A DNA stretch of 60,025 bases, the filler included, from Basidiobolus ranarum (Eukaryota): assembly GCA_040143965.1 (NCBI GenBank). It is 12 parts of 12 records of this genome, joined end to end, with 100 filler letters (N's around TTAATTAATTAA, not from the genome) between each part and the next. Parts side by side here need not be neighbours in the genome. Positions count along the whole stretch, not along the records: positions 40,138 to 45,038 come from JASJQH010008664.1; positions 45,139 to 50,038 come from JASJQH010008665.1; positions 50,139 to 55,032 come from JASJQH010008666.1; 9 more parts are not named here. The stretch is one strand, 5' to 3'. How positions within the stretch are numbered: position 1 is the stretch's first letter; the number at the start of each line of letters is the position of its first letter. Of this stretch, positions 41,106-54,170 are shown in pieces. The notes under the pieces are model-generated. The model ran no database searches. It had not been told where the DNA came from and saw nothing but the letters and a program-made list of their open reading frames with translations. Position numbers and translations under genes: made by a program.

Positions 41106-41866
41106 GGTCGTATTTTGGGAGAGAAGCAATAATCTGCCTCAAGATACTCTCTGCAAAAAACGGATGAAGGATCAAGTGTATATACTAGAGTAAGTAGCTC
41201 AGACAAATATCTATTAATGTGAAACTGTGGCCAGATTTTAGATCGCACAGTGGAGCGGGAGGGGGTCGGGCAAACCTGCTATACCCCTCATTTAATTCTT
41301 AATCTTTCGTAGTAGGTCGAAATTTGGCAATTTACCACATAACAAATGATATTTGCCCATCATATTGATCCAAGTTTATTACATTTCTAATGCCTATTTT
41401 AAAGGAATTGAAAACAAAGCTGCATAGCACACTCCTCCTAATATATATAAAAAGTCAAGGGGGATTCATATTATTTAGCTGCGATACTCACTCAATTCAT
41501 GACTAGGTGGGTATTCGGTCCATACTATCCGAATACCATAGTTCCAACTTTTGGTCTCAATGTGTAGGACGCATTTCCCGAACTGTATTGTGTAACAAAA
41601 GCTACATACAAACCATGATCCGAACATCAGTGGACATTGAAGAGAAATGTTTATTGAAGATGCGGACTATGCTTCGTAAAGCCAAATGTAAATGCTCTTA
41701 TACTGGTCAATATACTAAATCATAGTAGAAAAAGAAAGTTTGATTCAGCATGCCTGTAGCGTGTAGCTATGACGAACCCAACATAACATCTGATGATCTT
41801 GAGAGTGAAAGAAATATGGAATCAAAAACATAGAGCATAGTTAGACATTAGAGCGCAATATATAGT

Positions 41867-42629
41867 CTATCTCAAAAGCGAAGAATTCGTCAACTCCCGC
41901 AGATGCTCGACGTTAGCCCGTTTCAACACTTCAGATTCTGAAACAGTTGCAGAATCTCGGCTCTGATCGAGAAAAATACATCTTGGGATGAAAGGTGCCA
42001 CCTTCTCGATGATACTTATATCTGAATCAATATGAATATATGGCTCCAAATGGCGTACCATATGACTACGTCCTTCAGTAGTTTGACTGAAAAGAACTTT
42101 TCGAGTGTCAAGTAAACTAAAGAGGTTTGTATTACGAAGCTCATTCATGACTTTGTCTGCCTGTTCTTGGTCATGGACAGTGAGAATCAGATACAAATCA
42201 AATTGCTGACTTAATATGCCCAAGTGCCTCCAACTCTCTGGGAGAATGTGGTGCTCACGATCAAATAGTAACTATATGAAAATTTTGAAGAATTATTAGA
42301 GATAAACCTCTCACATAATGACAACTTTATAAGATATTTTAAGATGAGTATACCTTGTTACCGGAAATGGTCAGCTTGGGTTTGTGAATTGAGTTTTTAG
42401 CCGGGTTTCTAGACTATATCCAAAGAAAAAACTTTTAGTATAAGACCAATACAGTGATATGTGCTTCCACAAAATATACGTCACTTACATTGAGAGAATC
42501 TGAGATTTCGGTGTCTGAACCTTCGTCATCAGAAGAATCAGAAGAGTACCACCACCATGCACCAGCTACAACGGCAGCAGTAACTACGGTTGCAATTCCA
42601 GAGTAAACAAAACGTTTTGACATTCGCAT
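41867..42629 (-). CDS. PEX22: Peroxin PEX22-like protein, plant-type sequence family
   Basis: Basic N-terminus plus single TM; C-terminal DLYLILTVHD..KVLFSQTTEGRSHMVRHLEPYIHID resembles plant PEX22 DLYLM..KVLFCSTE.GR.SFVRQLEP.WHID; 2 introns. Confidence 0.7.
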
Positions 42630-43898
42630 ACGTGAATTATTTGACAAGTGAGAAGTTCTAAAATATTAGCAAACTGTTAGAAAGTGAATACCGATGAATA
42701 GTTATCATAAGCGGATTATCAATACTACCACGATTGTACGTGGAAATAGAGTAATATATTTATTGTAGTTTTCAGTACATAAATCTCATTTCTCCAGTGT
42801 TAAGTAAAATCGTTGCGATAGTACCAGATGTTAGATTATCTATGGGGATTTGTAATGAATAATAATTTTCATTGATGTATCATTCGATTCTCACCTGATT
42901 TACAATAGATCCTAGCTTCAGATTCTTTAATTCCCATTGTATAGTGTTCAGGATGTAATGCATATGGTGACTGTTCATGACAAATATTAATATGCACCGA
43001 ATTAAGCATGAATCGGTATCAGACCGAAGATTGGTTTTTAGGAACAGTCCCATCTCGTAATCATTCTCATGTTGAACTTTGAGAAATCTTGTTCAATGCT
43101 AGCGCCAAAAGCTTGATGATCTTCATCTTAATCTAGCCTAAGATTCAACTGCTATGCACGGGAAGGTGTTATTGCTGTAGAGATACGCCTGGAATGGGGG
43201 CTATAGTAGTACTGTATGAGACATCTTTTCATGAGCTTGTCCCCTTTTATTGAGCCGCCACCAGATATATGCGATATTGAATCTAAAAGTGAGCAGCTCG
43301 GTTCTCATGATCCGTACCTTCCAGCTCATTCAGTTTCAATAGATGGTAATCTAAAATGTTGAGCGGTGGCTCAATAACCCCCGTTAGATGGAAGAAATCT
43401 AACAGTCCAATTCAGATGTTCTCGATTCATGACTTTCATTCATTTCTATCAGTAATATCTGGTTGGGAGGGATTGAATCGCTATTAAAGCAGACAAAGGA
43501 GCCGCTATTGAAAGTTCAAGACCAGAGAGTGTCCACGAATGTAGTGCGAGGCGTAGGGTGATTAGCGAGGGCCCTTTCATGTGTAATTACGAGGATATCA
43601 TAACCCTAATAATAATAATAGATGTTCGAAAGCAGAATCACCAAATTCACTATCTGAATACTCAAAGGCATTTTTAATAAAGAAATACATCTAGGTTTGA
43701 TGGGCCTTGATCGGCAACTAGGTAACATAATATGGCACTGCTCTAACGATTAGTGATGATTTATAGATTTGAACTACCAAATTTATACTAGCCACTTGAT
43801 TTGTTGACACTCAAAACAATAACTTAAATTTTAACAATAAATGAAGATAAGTTGAGTGCACATAAAATCACCGCATTTAATGTAAACCGTTCAATATC

Positions 43899-45038
43899 AT
43901 GGGAACTTATATTCCGAAGACAAGAAAGTCTGCGCAAGTCAGCAGACTTCTAAAGTATATACCTTTTTTTAAGTTCTTTGGTAATCTCTTCACTGAAAAC
44001 TTTTTTTGTTCTTTTTCAAAGATCGGTCCTTGAACTCGAGAAAGAATCTCGTAGAATTAGTACTTCGATAGGTCCTGTATCTGAAGAAGCTCAAGAAGTA
44101 CGAGTTAGGTAGTGTATTAAGGCATTTAAAATTCAAACCAAACCAATATTTCCTATTGTTATGCTTTTCGACGATCATCGCTATATATACAAACCTTTTG
44201 TTACTCTGAGTAACCAGTATTCATATGCTTTTTATTCGCTTACTTAGAATACGAGAGATATATCTTGAAATCGTATTTAGTGATCTGGTGTATGCGCACA
44301 GCAAAGATATTGAAGGAAAACTCTGGAAAAGTGCTTTCTACAAAGTGTTCGAAGAATATAGGAGAAGATTAAAAGCGGTCAGTTCTTAAAGCTATCCTAG
44401 ATTGCGTGTATATAAATAAATATATATATATATATACTTTAACCATAAGCATACATTTTTATTCACTAGCCCGATTCTCTTGTTATCTATTTTGTAGTTT
44501 TCTGAATCGGACATAAAGTCAAAAAAAAAGCAATTTAGGACCGTTCGAGCTGCCTTTCGTAAAGCCCTTCGAGATGCAATCGAATTTTATACCGAATTCA
44601 AAACAAAAATAGCCGAACGTTACCGCATTTATCCTCTTTACCGTTTATATCGCGACTTAGGTAGATAAATCAAACTCATATCCAAAGATGATACAGAAAA
44701 CTAAACAGATAGAAAATAGATTGTGAAGTAAAGTCAGAAGCAGAGGATATTGTAGATAAAGCACGCATGAGCTATTACAGGTGTTTGATATATCTGGGAG
44801 ATCTTGGTGAGTTTTTTCCCTGTATCGCTTCTCCACTCTGGCTAAATCCTTTTCGATTTTCAGCGCGATATTATGAAATGCAGAGTCGCCGAGTGATTAG
44901 AAATTGGACCATTGCAGTAAACTATTATCAAGACGCTTTGAACTGTAATCCTGACAACGGTATTCGCAATTTTCTAGTCAAACGCATGCAATTATGACTA
45001 AGACGTACAATATTAGGCAACTCTCACAATCAACTTGC
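43899..45038 (+). CDS. EST1/SMG6/SMG7-family TPR protein, 3' truncated
   Basis: DIEGKLWKSAFYKVFEEYR, AIEFY, RCLIYLGDL|ARY..YYQDALNCNPDNG|NSHNQLA. Confidence 0.88.
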
Positions 45039-45138
45039 NNNNNNNNNNNNNNNNNNNNNNNNNNNNNNNNNNNNNNNNNNNNTTAATTAATTAANNNNNN
45101 NNNNNNNNNNNNNNNNNNNNNNNNNNNNNNNNNNNNNN

Positions 45139-45300
45139 GCCAAACCCAACTACGAGCCCCGTACCAAATCCAACTACAAACTCGACACCGAACCCAACTA
45201 CAAGCTCAACACCAAGCCCAACTACAAGATCGACACCAAACCCAACTACAAGCTCCACACCGAGTCCAGCCACAAGCTCAACTCCAAATCCAACGCCAGA
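45139..45300 (+). repeat. About 6 imperfect 24-bp coding tandem repeats (P(N/S)PTTSST-type linker)
   Basis: CCAAACCCAACTACAAGCTCxACA-like units, in frame within the chitinase. Confidence 0.85.
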
Positions 45301-48300
45301 TGCAGGCATTTGCACTGATATCCCTCAATGGAATTCTGGAATTGCATATACCGGAAATCAACAAGTAATATACAATGGTTCCTTGTGGAAAGCCAAGTGG
45401 TGGACGCTCAATAATGAGCCCGGAAATAATCCAGAGCAAGTTTGGGCTGAAGTAGGGCCTTGTGATGGGCCAACAACAACAGTAAACCCCACACCAAATC
45501 CCACATCAGAAGGCGGCATTTGTAATGATATCCCTAAATGGAATTCTGGAATTGCTTATACTGGGAATCAGCAAGTCACCTACAACGGATTTTTGTGGAG
45601 AGCCAAATGGTGGACACTAAACAATGAGCCTGGGAACAATCATGAGGATGTATGGTATAAAGTTGGTGCATGCGGCGATTTGCCAAAGCCCACTTCTGAA
45701 ATTACGTCTACCAGCACTGAGCCTCAGCCGACTTCCACAAGTGAGCCTACTGAGACCAGTAAACCCGAGGAGCCAACTTCAGAAGTCAAGCCGACTGAGA
45801 CAAGCACGCCTGTAGAGCCTACTACAGTGCCCACTCCGGAGACAACTACCCCTGTAGAGCCAAGTAAGACAACAGAGGTACCTCAGCCAACCAACAGTCC
45901 TTCTGGAGTTTTTGATGTAAGTTGACAATCATGATGATAAGAATGAATACAGCCTAACTGTTTTCGTTTGTTATAGCCAAATTGCAACGACAATCTTGCA
46001 GTATGTAAGTACTCATTTCTTACATTACAATGTGATGGACCATATATTAATATAACATTATATTCATTTAGATTGGTAATTGTTTTTTATCGTGACTGGG
46101 TAACATATATTCTGATAATAACATCTGAATGGACACTATTGTAGGGGGCAAAACAGCTTCGGTGGTGCTGGTGGCAGCCCTAGTGGATGGCAAAAGAATT
46201 TAGCCGATTACTGTCAAGATGATACTATCGACATTATCCCTGTTGGTAAGTTACAAATGTGATGCTATCAAATATCATGCGACCATTCTGCTCACTTCAA
46301 TTAGCTTTCTTGAACACCTACTTCGGAAAAGGAGGTCTTCCCGAACTAAATTTGGCTAATGTACGCTTCCTTTCTTTACCCAGTTTAATCACATATAGCT
46401 AACTAACGTACCTGTTCATAGACCTGCAACGATGAGAATAGTGAATTCTTCCCAGACTCCAACCTGCTTCGTTGTCCAAACGTTGAAGAGAGCATAAAAT
46501 TCTGCCAATCCCGTGGAAAATCGGTGATTCTATCGCTTGGTGGTGCTGGAGGTTCCTACGGATTCCAAAATGACGATCAGGCTAGAGACTTCGCCACTCA
46601 ACTTTGGTAAGATCGTCACGAAAAAATATACTTACATTAAGAAAGGTCTCTAAAGCGGTATCTTGTAGGAATTTGTTCCTTGGGGGGCAATCTAGCACAA
46701 GACCATTCGGCGATGCTATTCTTGATGGCGTAGATCTCGACATTGAAGGCGGCGGACCTACTGGGTATGTTGCTTTTGTCAATCAGCTTCGATCCCACTA
46801 CGAAGAAGACAGAAACAGAAAATATTTGATTGCCGCTGCACCACAATGTGTTTATCCAGGTATAGTATTTAATAAACACCTCAAATAACTCGAAACTCTC
46901 ACTCAAAGAATCACATCTAGACGCCCAACTCAGTAGCACTTTGAACAATGCCTGGTTTGATCTTGTATTTGTTCAATTTTACAACAACCCATGTAAGTTA
47001 CCACGGAAATCCTTTAGACAATAAGAGACTTATCATCTTAATACTATTCCATAGGTGGATTACAATACTATGATAATTATCGCGCTTGGAACTATGGTAT
47101 TTGGGATTACTGGGCCACCCATGTTTCTCCCAATCCAAATGTCAAGGTCTATATTGGTGCCCCAGCGGCGGAGAAGGCTGCAGGCTCAGGGTAAGCTTTA
47201 GCACTGATTTTGGTCTTGTAAGAGTGATCAAGACTAATCTTCGTGAAAACCTCCAGTTATGTCCCTATTGATGAGCTCAAGACCATTGCCCAAGAAACTC
47301 GTTCAAAGTTCAGTAGCTTCGGTGGTGTAATGTTCTGGGATGCTTCACAAGCTTGGGCCAATGAAGTACCAGGTGGCAACTATGCTCAAGTAACTAAGCA
47401 GGTATGTTTGTCATAGTAACCCCTGTCCGACCTCATGTAGTAATTTAGTTGTTTTAGTTTTTGAGAGAAGGTGGTAGCTGCAATGCCAAGCCAGATCTCC
47501 CATCTTGCAATACTGCCGAGGTCTGGTCTCCATCCAGCTCTTATCCCGGTGGTAGTGTGGTGGCTCATAGCGGATATATCTGGAAGGCACTTTGGTGGGT
47601 GCAAGGACAAGAGCCCGGCCCATCAAGCGGATATTGGAGCGCAATCAACGGATGTTCTGGTAACGGCTCCTCAGGCTCGGTAAATCCACCTGATAACGAA
47701 AGTCCTCCTTCTGATGACAAGCCATGCACTGGAACAGCTGCTTGGAGCTCAGGTGCCGTGTATGTTGGCGGTGACAAAGTTAGCTACAATGGACATTTGT
47801 GGCAAGCTAAATGGTGGACTCAAAACGATGTACCTGGATTGAATCAGCAGGATGTCTGGAAGGACTTGGGCGCCTGTAACTCACTCCGCAGAAGATCACG
47901 TCGGGCAGTTTCTAATTTTGCTGCTACCAAACCCTCGGATTTCTTGGTTCAGCATAATTTTGGCAATTTCCTGGTTACTATGAGCAATCTCAAACTCGAG
48001 GCAAACCGCTTCCAAATGGGGGTACATATCTCTTAGTTGTAATCACTTCAAAGGTAGCCACTAACTTGACTTTCTTATTAATAGGTTAAAATTACCGCAC
48101 AAAAACCTGGTCTCCCTATTTCTGAGCAATGGTCCCTCCGCTTCCCCTTCAATTCTACTATAGATAGAGTAGATGGTGCTCGCTCCGAATTTAGAGATGG
48201 CAGCCTGGTCCTTTCAGCAGCTCCCATTAATATGCGTTACAAGTCGAACCAGTTCATGTCTGTCTTCATGGATATCCATGGCCATGCTGAGGAGCAAACT

Positions 48301-48351
48301 TTGGATAAATTCCCCTTCCCTATGCTGACCAAAACTGAATTCTCTCCATGA
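45139..48351 (+). CDS. GH18 class III (Cts1/hevamine-type) chitinase with at least 4 CBM5/12 modules, 5' truncated
   Basis: [32 protein letters not shown] (DxxDxDxE), [23 protein letters not shown]. Four W..Y..V.(Y/H).G..W.A.WW modules, two on each side of the catalytic domain. Last exon ends ..TEFSP* at 48351. Confidence 0.95.
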
Positions 48352-51300
48352 TCAATCGACAGTTACTACAATACATTTGCCCCACCTGTTAAATAAAAGG
48401 TTACTTTATCTGCGCTTAGGATCAGATTAATCGTAGTGAATAATATGCACTTTCGCTTGTAATTGATTCATTTTTTATAAGCATATCTTCGCATTCACTG
48501 CAAAATTCAACTTCATATTCCCAAGTAACTGAGAAATACTAAAAATGACATAGCTTAAGCATCTATATAGTCATATTACATTCAAATACTGTTGACCTTA
48601 TATTAGTCTTAGGGGTAGAAATAACAGTTCAGCATGGTTCGAAGCTTGGGAAAGTGTTACTCTGCTCAAGTGGGGTGCATTTATAAAGTAAGAAGAAAAT
48701 TGGTTTTGGTTAGCTTTTGGTTGTACAGATAAATCGTTGTGGTGCGTAACAAACATCAACACCAGACCAACGGCGGGTGTACAAATCACTCCTTGATTGA
48801 TTTTATTATTAGGGTATCATGGTTGCATTCAGAATATAGGCCTTTCTCCATCCATCGAGTACAGGGGTGCTTAGGCTAGCTGTAAATCATAGCTTGGGAG
48901 AGCTTTCAAGAATAAAGACATGGTTTATTATACAAGTGCTTTCTACATGTCTATGCAAGGTTCGAAATTTGAAATTCATTTATATTTAATGGGGCGCTTT
49001 TTGATGGAGGAGTACTTCACCCTGAATTCATGAGCTAATAGAAGTACAAGAAACACCTTCTACATGTTCTCCAAGATGAAGCGTACAGGGTCCATGTGTT
49101 CTTCAACATTTGTAGTGGTGGGTGCCTTCATGATGTCAAATATTTATGTGGAGTGTTTGATGCTGACTACAATCGTGCTTTTGCGACATGAAACAATCAA
49201 CCAAGTGATAGTTGATATTGTATTACCCATGATTGTACCGGCAATTGTATGCTTATGGTTTATTGTTATTAGAATGGTTCACACCAATTATGATCCTAGC
49301 AGTCTTATATTTATTGGTTTCCATGAGAAATGGGACAGGCCTGGTCTGGGATGAGATAGAATGAAACTCTGCCGTGTGCTTGGTAGCATAGGAGAAGCAG
49401 CTTAGGGTATAGTTCTTCTAGTAAAGGTTATCAAGGGTAAGGATTTTTTTATTACTCCATTATCAGTTACTCATCAAAAGAATATTTATCCAATTTTTGG
49501 TCACTTTTTTTTGGGGTCCCAGTATCTTGTTTTAGGGTTAGGGTTCTACAATCTCTTAGGAGGGATGAAAAGCACCAGGTGGTATGGACTTTATTTAGCA
49601 TATATACTAATCTAAGCAAAGTGACAATTAAGTCATCAATCTTTTAAGATATTACAATGAAACTGGATCATATCCATACTCAACTTGATGACCGATGTAA
49701 TCCAGTTCTGAATATGTTAATATAGTGCTAAGGGGCAAAGGTGGTAAGCAGAAAGGAAGATACTCAGTACAAACCAAATGGATAATAGGACAAAAACTAG
49801 GAATTATGTGAATCAAAAAAGGTATCTTGGAGGCAAGGATTCACTTCCAAAGGTCTAGCTGGAAGTCTATAGCAACAATTTTAGGCTGTTTTGTCTCATG
49901 CAGCTGTAAAGCTAACTCAGAAACAAGAGAATCATCTTGTATCAATTTCCAGCATGATAGTGCATTTGAAGAAGGTGTGGCTAGCCACTTCTTAATCAGT
50001 GGATTTCTGCAGTCATTTAGTTGGAGTAGAAATCTTGCNNNNNNNNNNNNNNNNNNNNNNNNNNNNNNNNNNNNNNNNNNNNTTAATTAATTAANNNNNN
50101 NNNNNNNNNNNNNNNNNNNNNNNNNNNNNNNNNNNNNNATAGGATTTCAAGATAGTGCTTCACCCATTATGGAAGGAATCCAAGAATTACATGATCAAAT
50201 TTTCTTTTACTTAATAGAGGGAACTCCTGGCTTTGCTATGAGTCATTTTGGGCCAAATCAGAAGAAATTTTGATTGATTTCACATTAGGATCCATTGATA
50301 CTGATACAGGCTTGCTAATCTCCATGTTGAAGTATTTTTGGATATAAACAATGTATCTAGACTGATTCAGTATGCCTTTCTGCTTGAGTTTATCTCTCCT
50401 GATTTGGATTACAAGAATGCAACTTAACTCACCCATATCAGTCATCCAAGATTTGTTTGATAAGCTCCTTTTAATCTGATTAAGTGCTTCCAGATCATTT
50501 GTGGCTATGATCAAGTCATCCACCTATAGTGCCAAGATAAGGATCCTACTTCTGTTTGTTTAGATGTAAATACCATGATCTGCTGGGCATATTTGGGATT
50601 TTAGTAATTCCGTATAGGTATCCATCTTGAGACACTATGCCTTGGGTGCTTGCTTGAGCTCATATAGCAATTTGTGCAGATTACAGACTGTATCAGGGTG
50701 CTTTGGGTCAACAAATTCTTCTGGTTGCTCCATATAGATCCCTTCTTGTAGATTTGCATTCTGAAAGGCTGCTTTTACATCCATTTGAGGTAAATCAAGG
50801 TTACAGATGGCTGAGAGTGCCAAGTTTGATTCAATAGAGCTAAACAAGGCTACTTGAACAAAGGTTTCATTAAAGTCAACCCCTGGAGTCTGTGATTAGC
50901 CTTTAGTTTAACTAATCTGGCTTTGTACCTTTCTATGGTTCCATTGGCTTGTTTTTGACTTTCTAGGCCTATTTGCAACCTATTGGCATTCTCAATGGTT
51001 GAGGACTTAAACCCACGTATTTTGTCCTGAAGTGAAAAAACTCATCAGGCATTGCTTTTCCCCATAATTTAAAATCTGGGCAATCCATAGCTTGATCCAG
51101 AGTTTGTGGCTTGTCACAGAATGCTGCATAAGCATATGCATGATCAATGGAAGTGTTCCACTAGTTTCCTGGCTTATTTCTCCTGCTGGATGATCTTCTG
51201 GGTCCTGAATTATCCTGTGATGTAATTGGGACTAGATTTTTGGTTGAATAGGGCTCATACACAGCTGGAATCTTTTAGACACTTCCTGCATAGTGTTGAT

Positions 51301-51422
51301 TGTGTTTTCTGGATTAATCACTGTGATCTGAGATGACAAATTTGCTTTTTCATCAAAAATCACATCTCTGCATGTAATTATCTTCTGATTTTGGTATCAA
51401 ATAGTCTGTAGGCCTAAGATCC

Positions 51423-52154
51423 AACTTGGAATAGTAAGAAGCAACCAACCATAGCACTTTCAACCACAGAAGCATAGTGTATGGCTGCCACTGCTACTAC
51501 ATAAAAGCTATGTGGTTAAGGAAGTTATTTACAGAATTAGGACACATGCAAAAATGTGCTATTACTGCATTTGATGATAATCAAAGCTGTATTTCATTAG
51601 CTAAAAACCCTACATTTCATGCCAGAACAAATCATAGAGATGTTAGGCATAATTTTGTTAGAGAAGCAAACAGAATGATATAATTGGACTTTTCTATTGC
51701 CCTACTGAAGAATTGATAGCTGACAACTTGACCGAACCTTTAGCTAAAGAATGATTTGAATTATTAAGATATAAGTTATGTTTTAGAGAGATACAAAGTA
51801 AATAGTTGAGTGGGAATGTTGAAAATTTGATAAATAGCAACTCATTATTTAATAGCTAGTTTATTCATATTCTGATTATTCAGCACTCAATTCTGCTATT
51901 CAAAACATGTGTTTATTGATCTAATTGATTGAAACATCAATTAGATCACTTTTACCAATGTTCACTATTTTCTCAAATCTTCTTCATATCACCTCAAATT
52001 TTTGCCCATGCTTTACAGGCATGTTTGTGATGATCCAAGTATGTCCAATAGTCCATTTCATAGTAAAATATAAATAGGATATATTCAATTCAATAAAATA
52101 TAAGTCTCTAATTCACAAAACTAACACTTCCAAATCCCCTAAACACTTTTATCA
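51423..52154 (+). mobile_element. Inverted family 2 fragment (RNase H, PPT, LTR 51817-52154) inside element C
   Basis: TWNSKKQPTIALSTTEA..DNQSCISLAKNPTFHART; PPT TTGAGTGGGAA followed by TGTTGAAAA...TTATCA. Confidence 0.9.
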
Positions 52155-54170
52155 GCAATAACCTAGAAATATGAATTTTCTGCTTTTGGGTTGCAATTTA
52201 GGATATTTTTGAGCTGGAATTAAGCAATGTGCTGTGCAACCATAGATCCTGAGATGATCCACACTTAGTTTTGATCTGCTTAGGGCCTTAAATGGATTAG
52301 AATTTTTTATCAATCTTGTTGGGCATCTGTTTTTGATATATACTGCACTTTTAACAGATTCAGCCCAATATTGGTAATTTCACTTTTGATCCTGTAACAT
52401 TGATCTTGCCCCACTATGGTCCTATTAGCATGCTCTGTGGAGTAAAAGGTACAATAGTTTGTTGCTCTATTCCTTGTTTTTAACAGAAACTAGTAAAGTC
52501 TTTAGAGCAGTGTTCTCCACCATTATCACTCCTTGGTACCCTTATTTTTTATGCCAATTCTTTTCTCTTCCACCACTTAGTACAGCTTGAAAATAGCTAA
52601 GGCTTCAGATTGTGATTTGAGAGAGAATACCCCTTTATATCTTGTTTTCTCATTAATAAAGGTCAGAGAGTACCTTTCCCCACTTAGTGAGACATTTTTC
52701 AGGGGCCCACATAGGTCTGAATGAATCAGGGCAAAACACCAGGTGGATTTGATTTTTCCAGAGCTTAAAAATGGCTGTCTGTGATGTTTTCCATATATGC
52801 AATCTTGACACAGATCCAATTTATGATATTTTCAATTTCCAAGTCTGAAACTAGCTGATGTTGGATTTTTTGGTTCAGGTTTTGTTCCCCAATGTGGCCT
52901 AATCTTCTATACCACTTTCATCAGATTATTCTGCCAGTTTTGGCCAAATTTGCATGCTCAGAATGCAATTTGTTGATATCTAACTTCTGTAAGTTTTGAG
53001 TTTTGATCCCAGTAGCTAATTTGGCATTATTCGGATCCATGATAGTGCATGCAGCCTTGCTGAACACAAAATTTAGTCCTTAAGTTGTTGCTTGGCTTCT
53101 TGCAAGTAGATTCTTTGCTATATTTGGTATGTCAATTACAACATCCAATTTTGCAGATGGTGTAGCAACATTTTGGTCTAAATTGAGCACCAGTGTGTCC
53201 TTACCAGCTGCTTCTAGTGCATATTCAACATCTTAGCACACTCTCCTTGTTTGGGTGGGTTCTAAGCTAGAAAACAATCTTTCTTTTTAACATATGCTGG
53301 GAAGCTGCTCAATCAATGTACCACATTTCTAACTCTTCTTTAGTGGTTACTGATGGGGCAGACACAAACTGATGATCCCTATCTGTGCTTACTTGATTTT
53401 CTTGTTCCAATTTTAGCTTTTTGACAAAAATCCTTTTTCTGCAATTTTTGATTATATGGCCTGGTTTCTTGCAATACTTAGAGATGATTGATTTCCTATA
53501 AGGGGCACCATTATTGAGGCCTGTTGAACACTCTATGGCTCCAAATAATACCTGTTCTGCATCATTTTGCTAAGAATAAGATCTCCTTAATTCCTCAGTC
53601 AAGTGCATAGCACCAACATATTCCATTGTTAATGGCTCTTATCATGATTCTAAGGCATTTATGAGTTTCTAAACTCATCTGCCAGGCTCTCAAGTAGTGT
53701 TGTGACTAAGTCATCTTCATTTAGTGGTGCTCCAATGGATGAGAGCTGCTTGGACATAGTTTTTATCCAATTTTTACAATTAAGCATAAAATCATGAAAA
53801 TGCATCTGAATTGAGAATAGCTGTCACCTACAATATAGCCTATTAGCCAAACTTTTAGTCTTGCAGAGTTCCTTAAGTGTTTCCCAAGCATTTTGGACAT
53901 TTTTGGCTGATTGTATGTGCCTTAATTGAGAGTCTGTGAGATGAAGACAAAATGTAGAGAGTATTTTCCTCTGCTTCTTGTGAAAGGCAAGGATAGCTTC
54001 TGGTGGCCCTTTGGCTGTATTTCTTCTCCCGTAATAAGTCCCCAAAGGTTCTTGTTTTCAAGCACCATTTGCATCTTGAGCTTTCAAAGGTGAATGTTCT
54101 CACAATCAAACCTCTCTGGATACAAAAACATTGGTAATAGTAGTGTTAGACATTCCTTTGACAGCTAGCA

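Noticed and set aside
43247..43377. SECIS element, TPP riboswitch or SRP RNA
   Set aside because: Consensus motifs are absent and it is not in a 3' UTR; kept only as a generic hairpin.
44420..44436. (TA)n tract
   Set aside because: Ordinary intronic microsatellite.
45139..45300. Regular 24-bp repeats that might suggest a CRISPR or satellite array
   Set aside because: No unique spacers; they encode the Pro/Thr linker of the chitinase. The antisense ORF 45091-45315 is a shadow of it.
45310..45900. Bacterial contamination suggested by the CBM5/12 domains
   Set aside because: They are in frame with an intron-rich fungal GH18 gene.
48560..50038. Possible retroelement relic and ORF 49064-49354
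   Set aside because: It looks like decayed repeat DNA but has no diagnostic motif I can defend.
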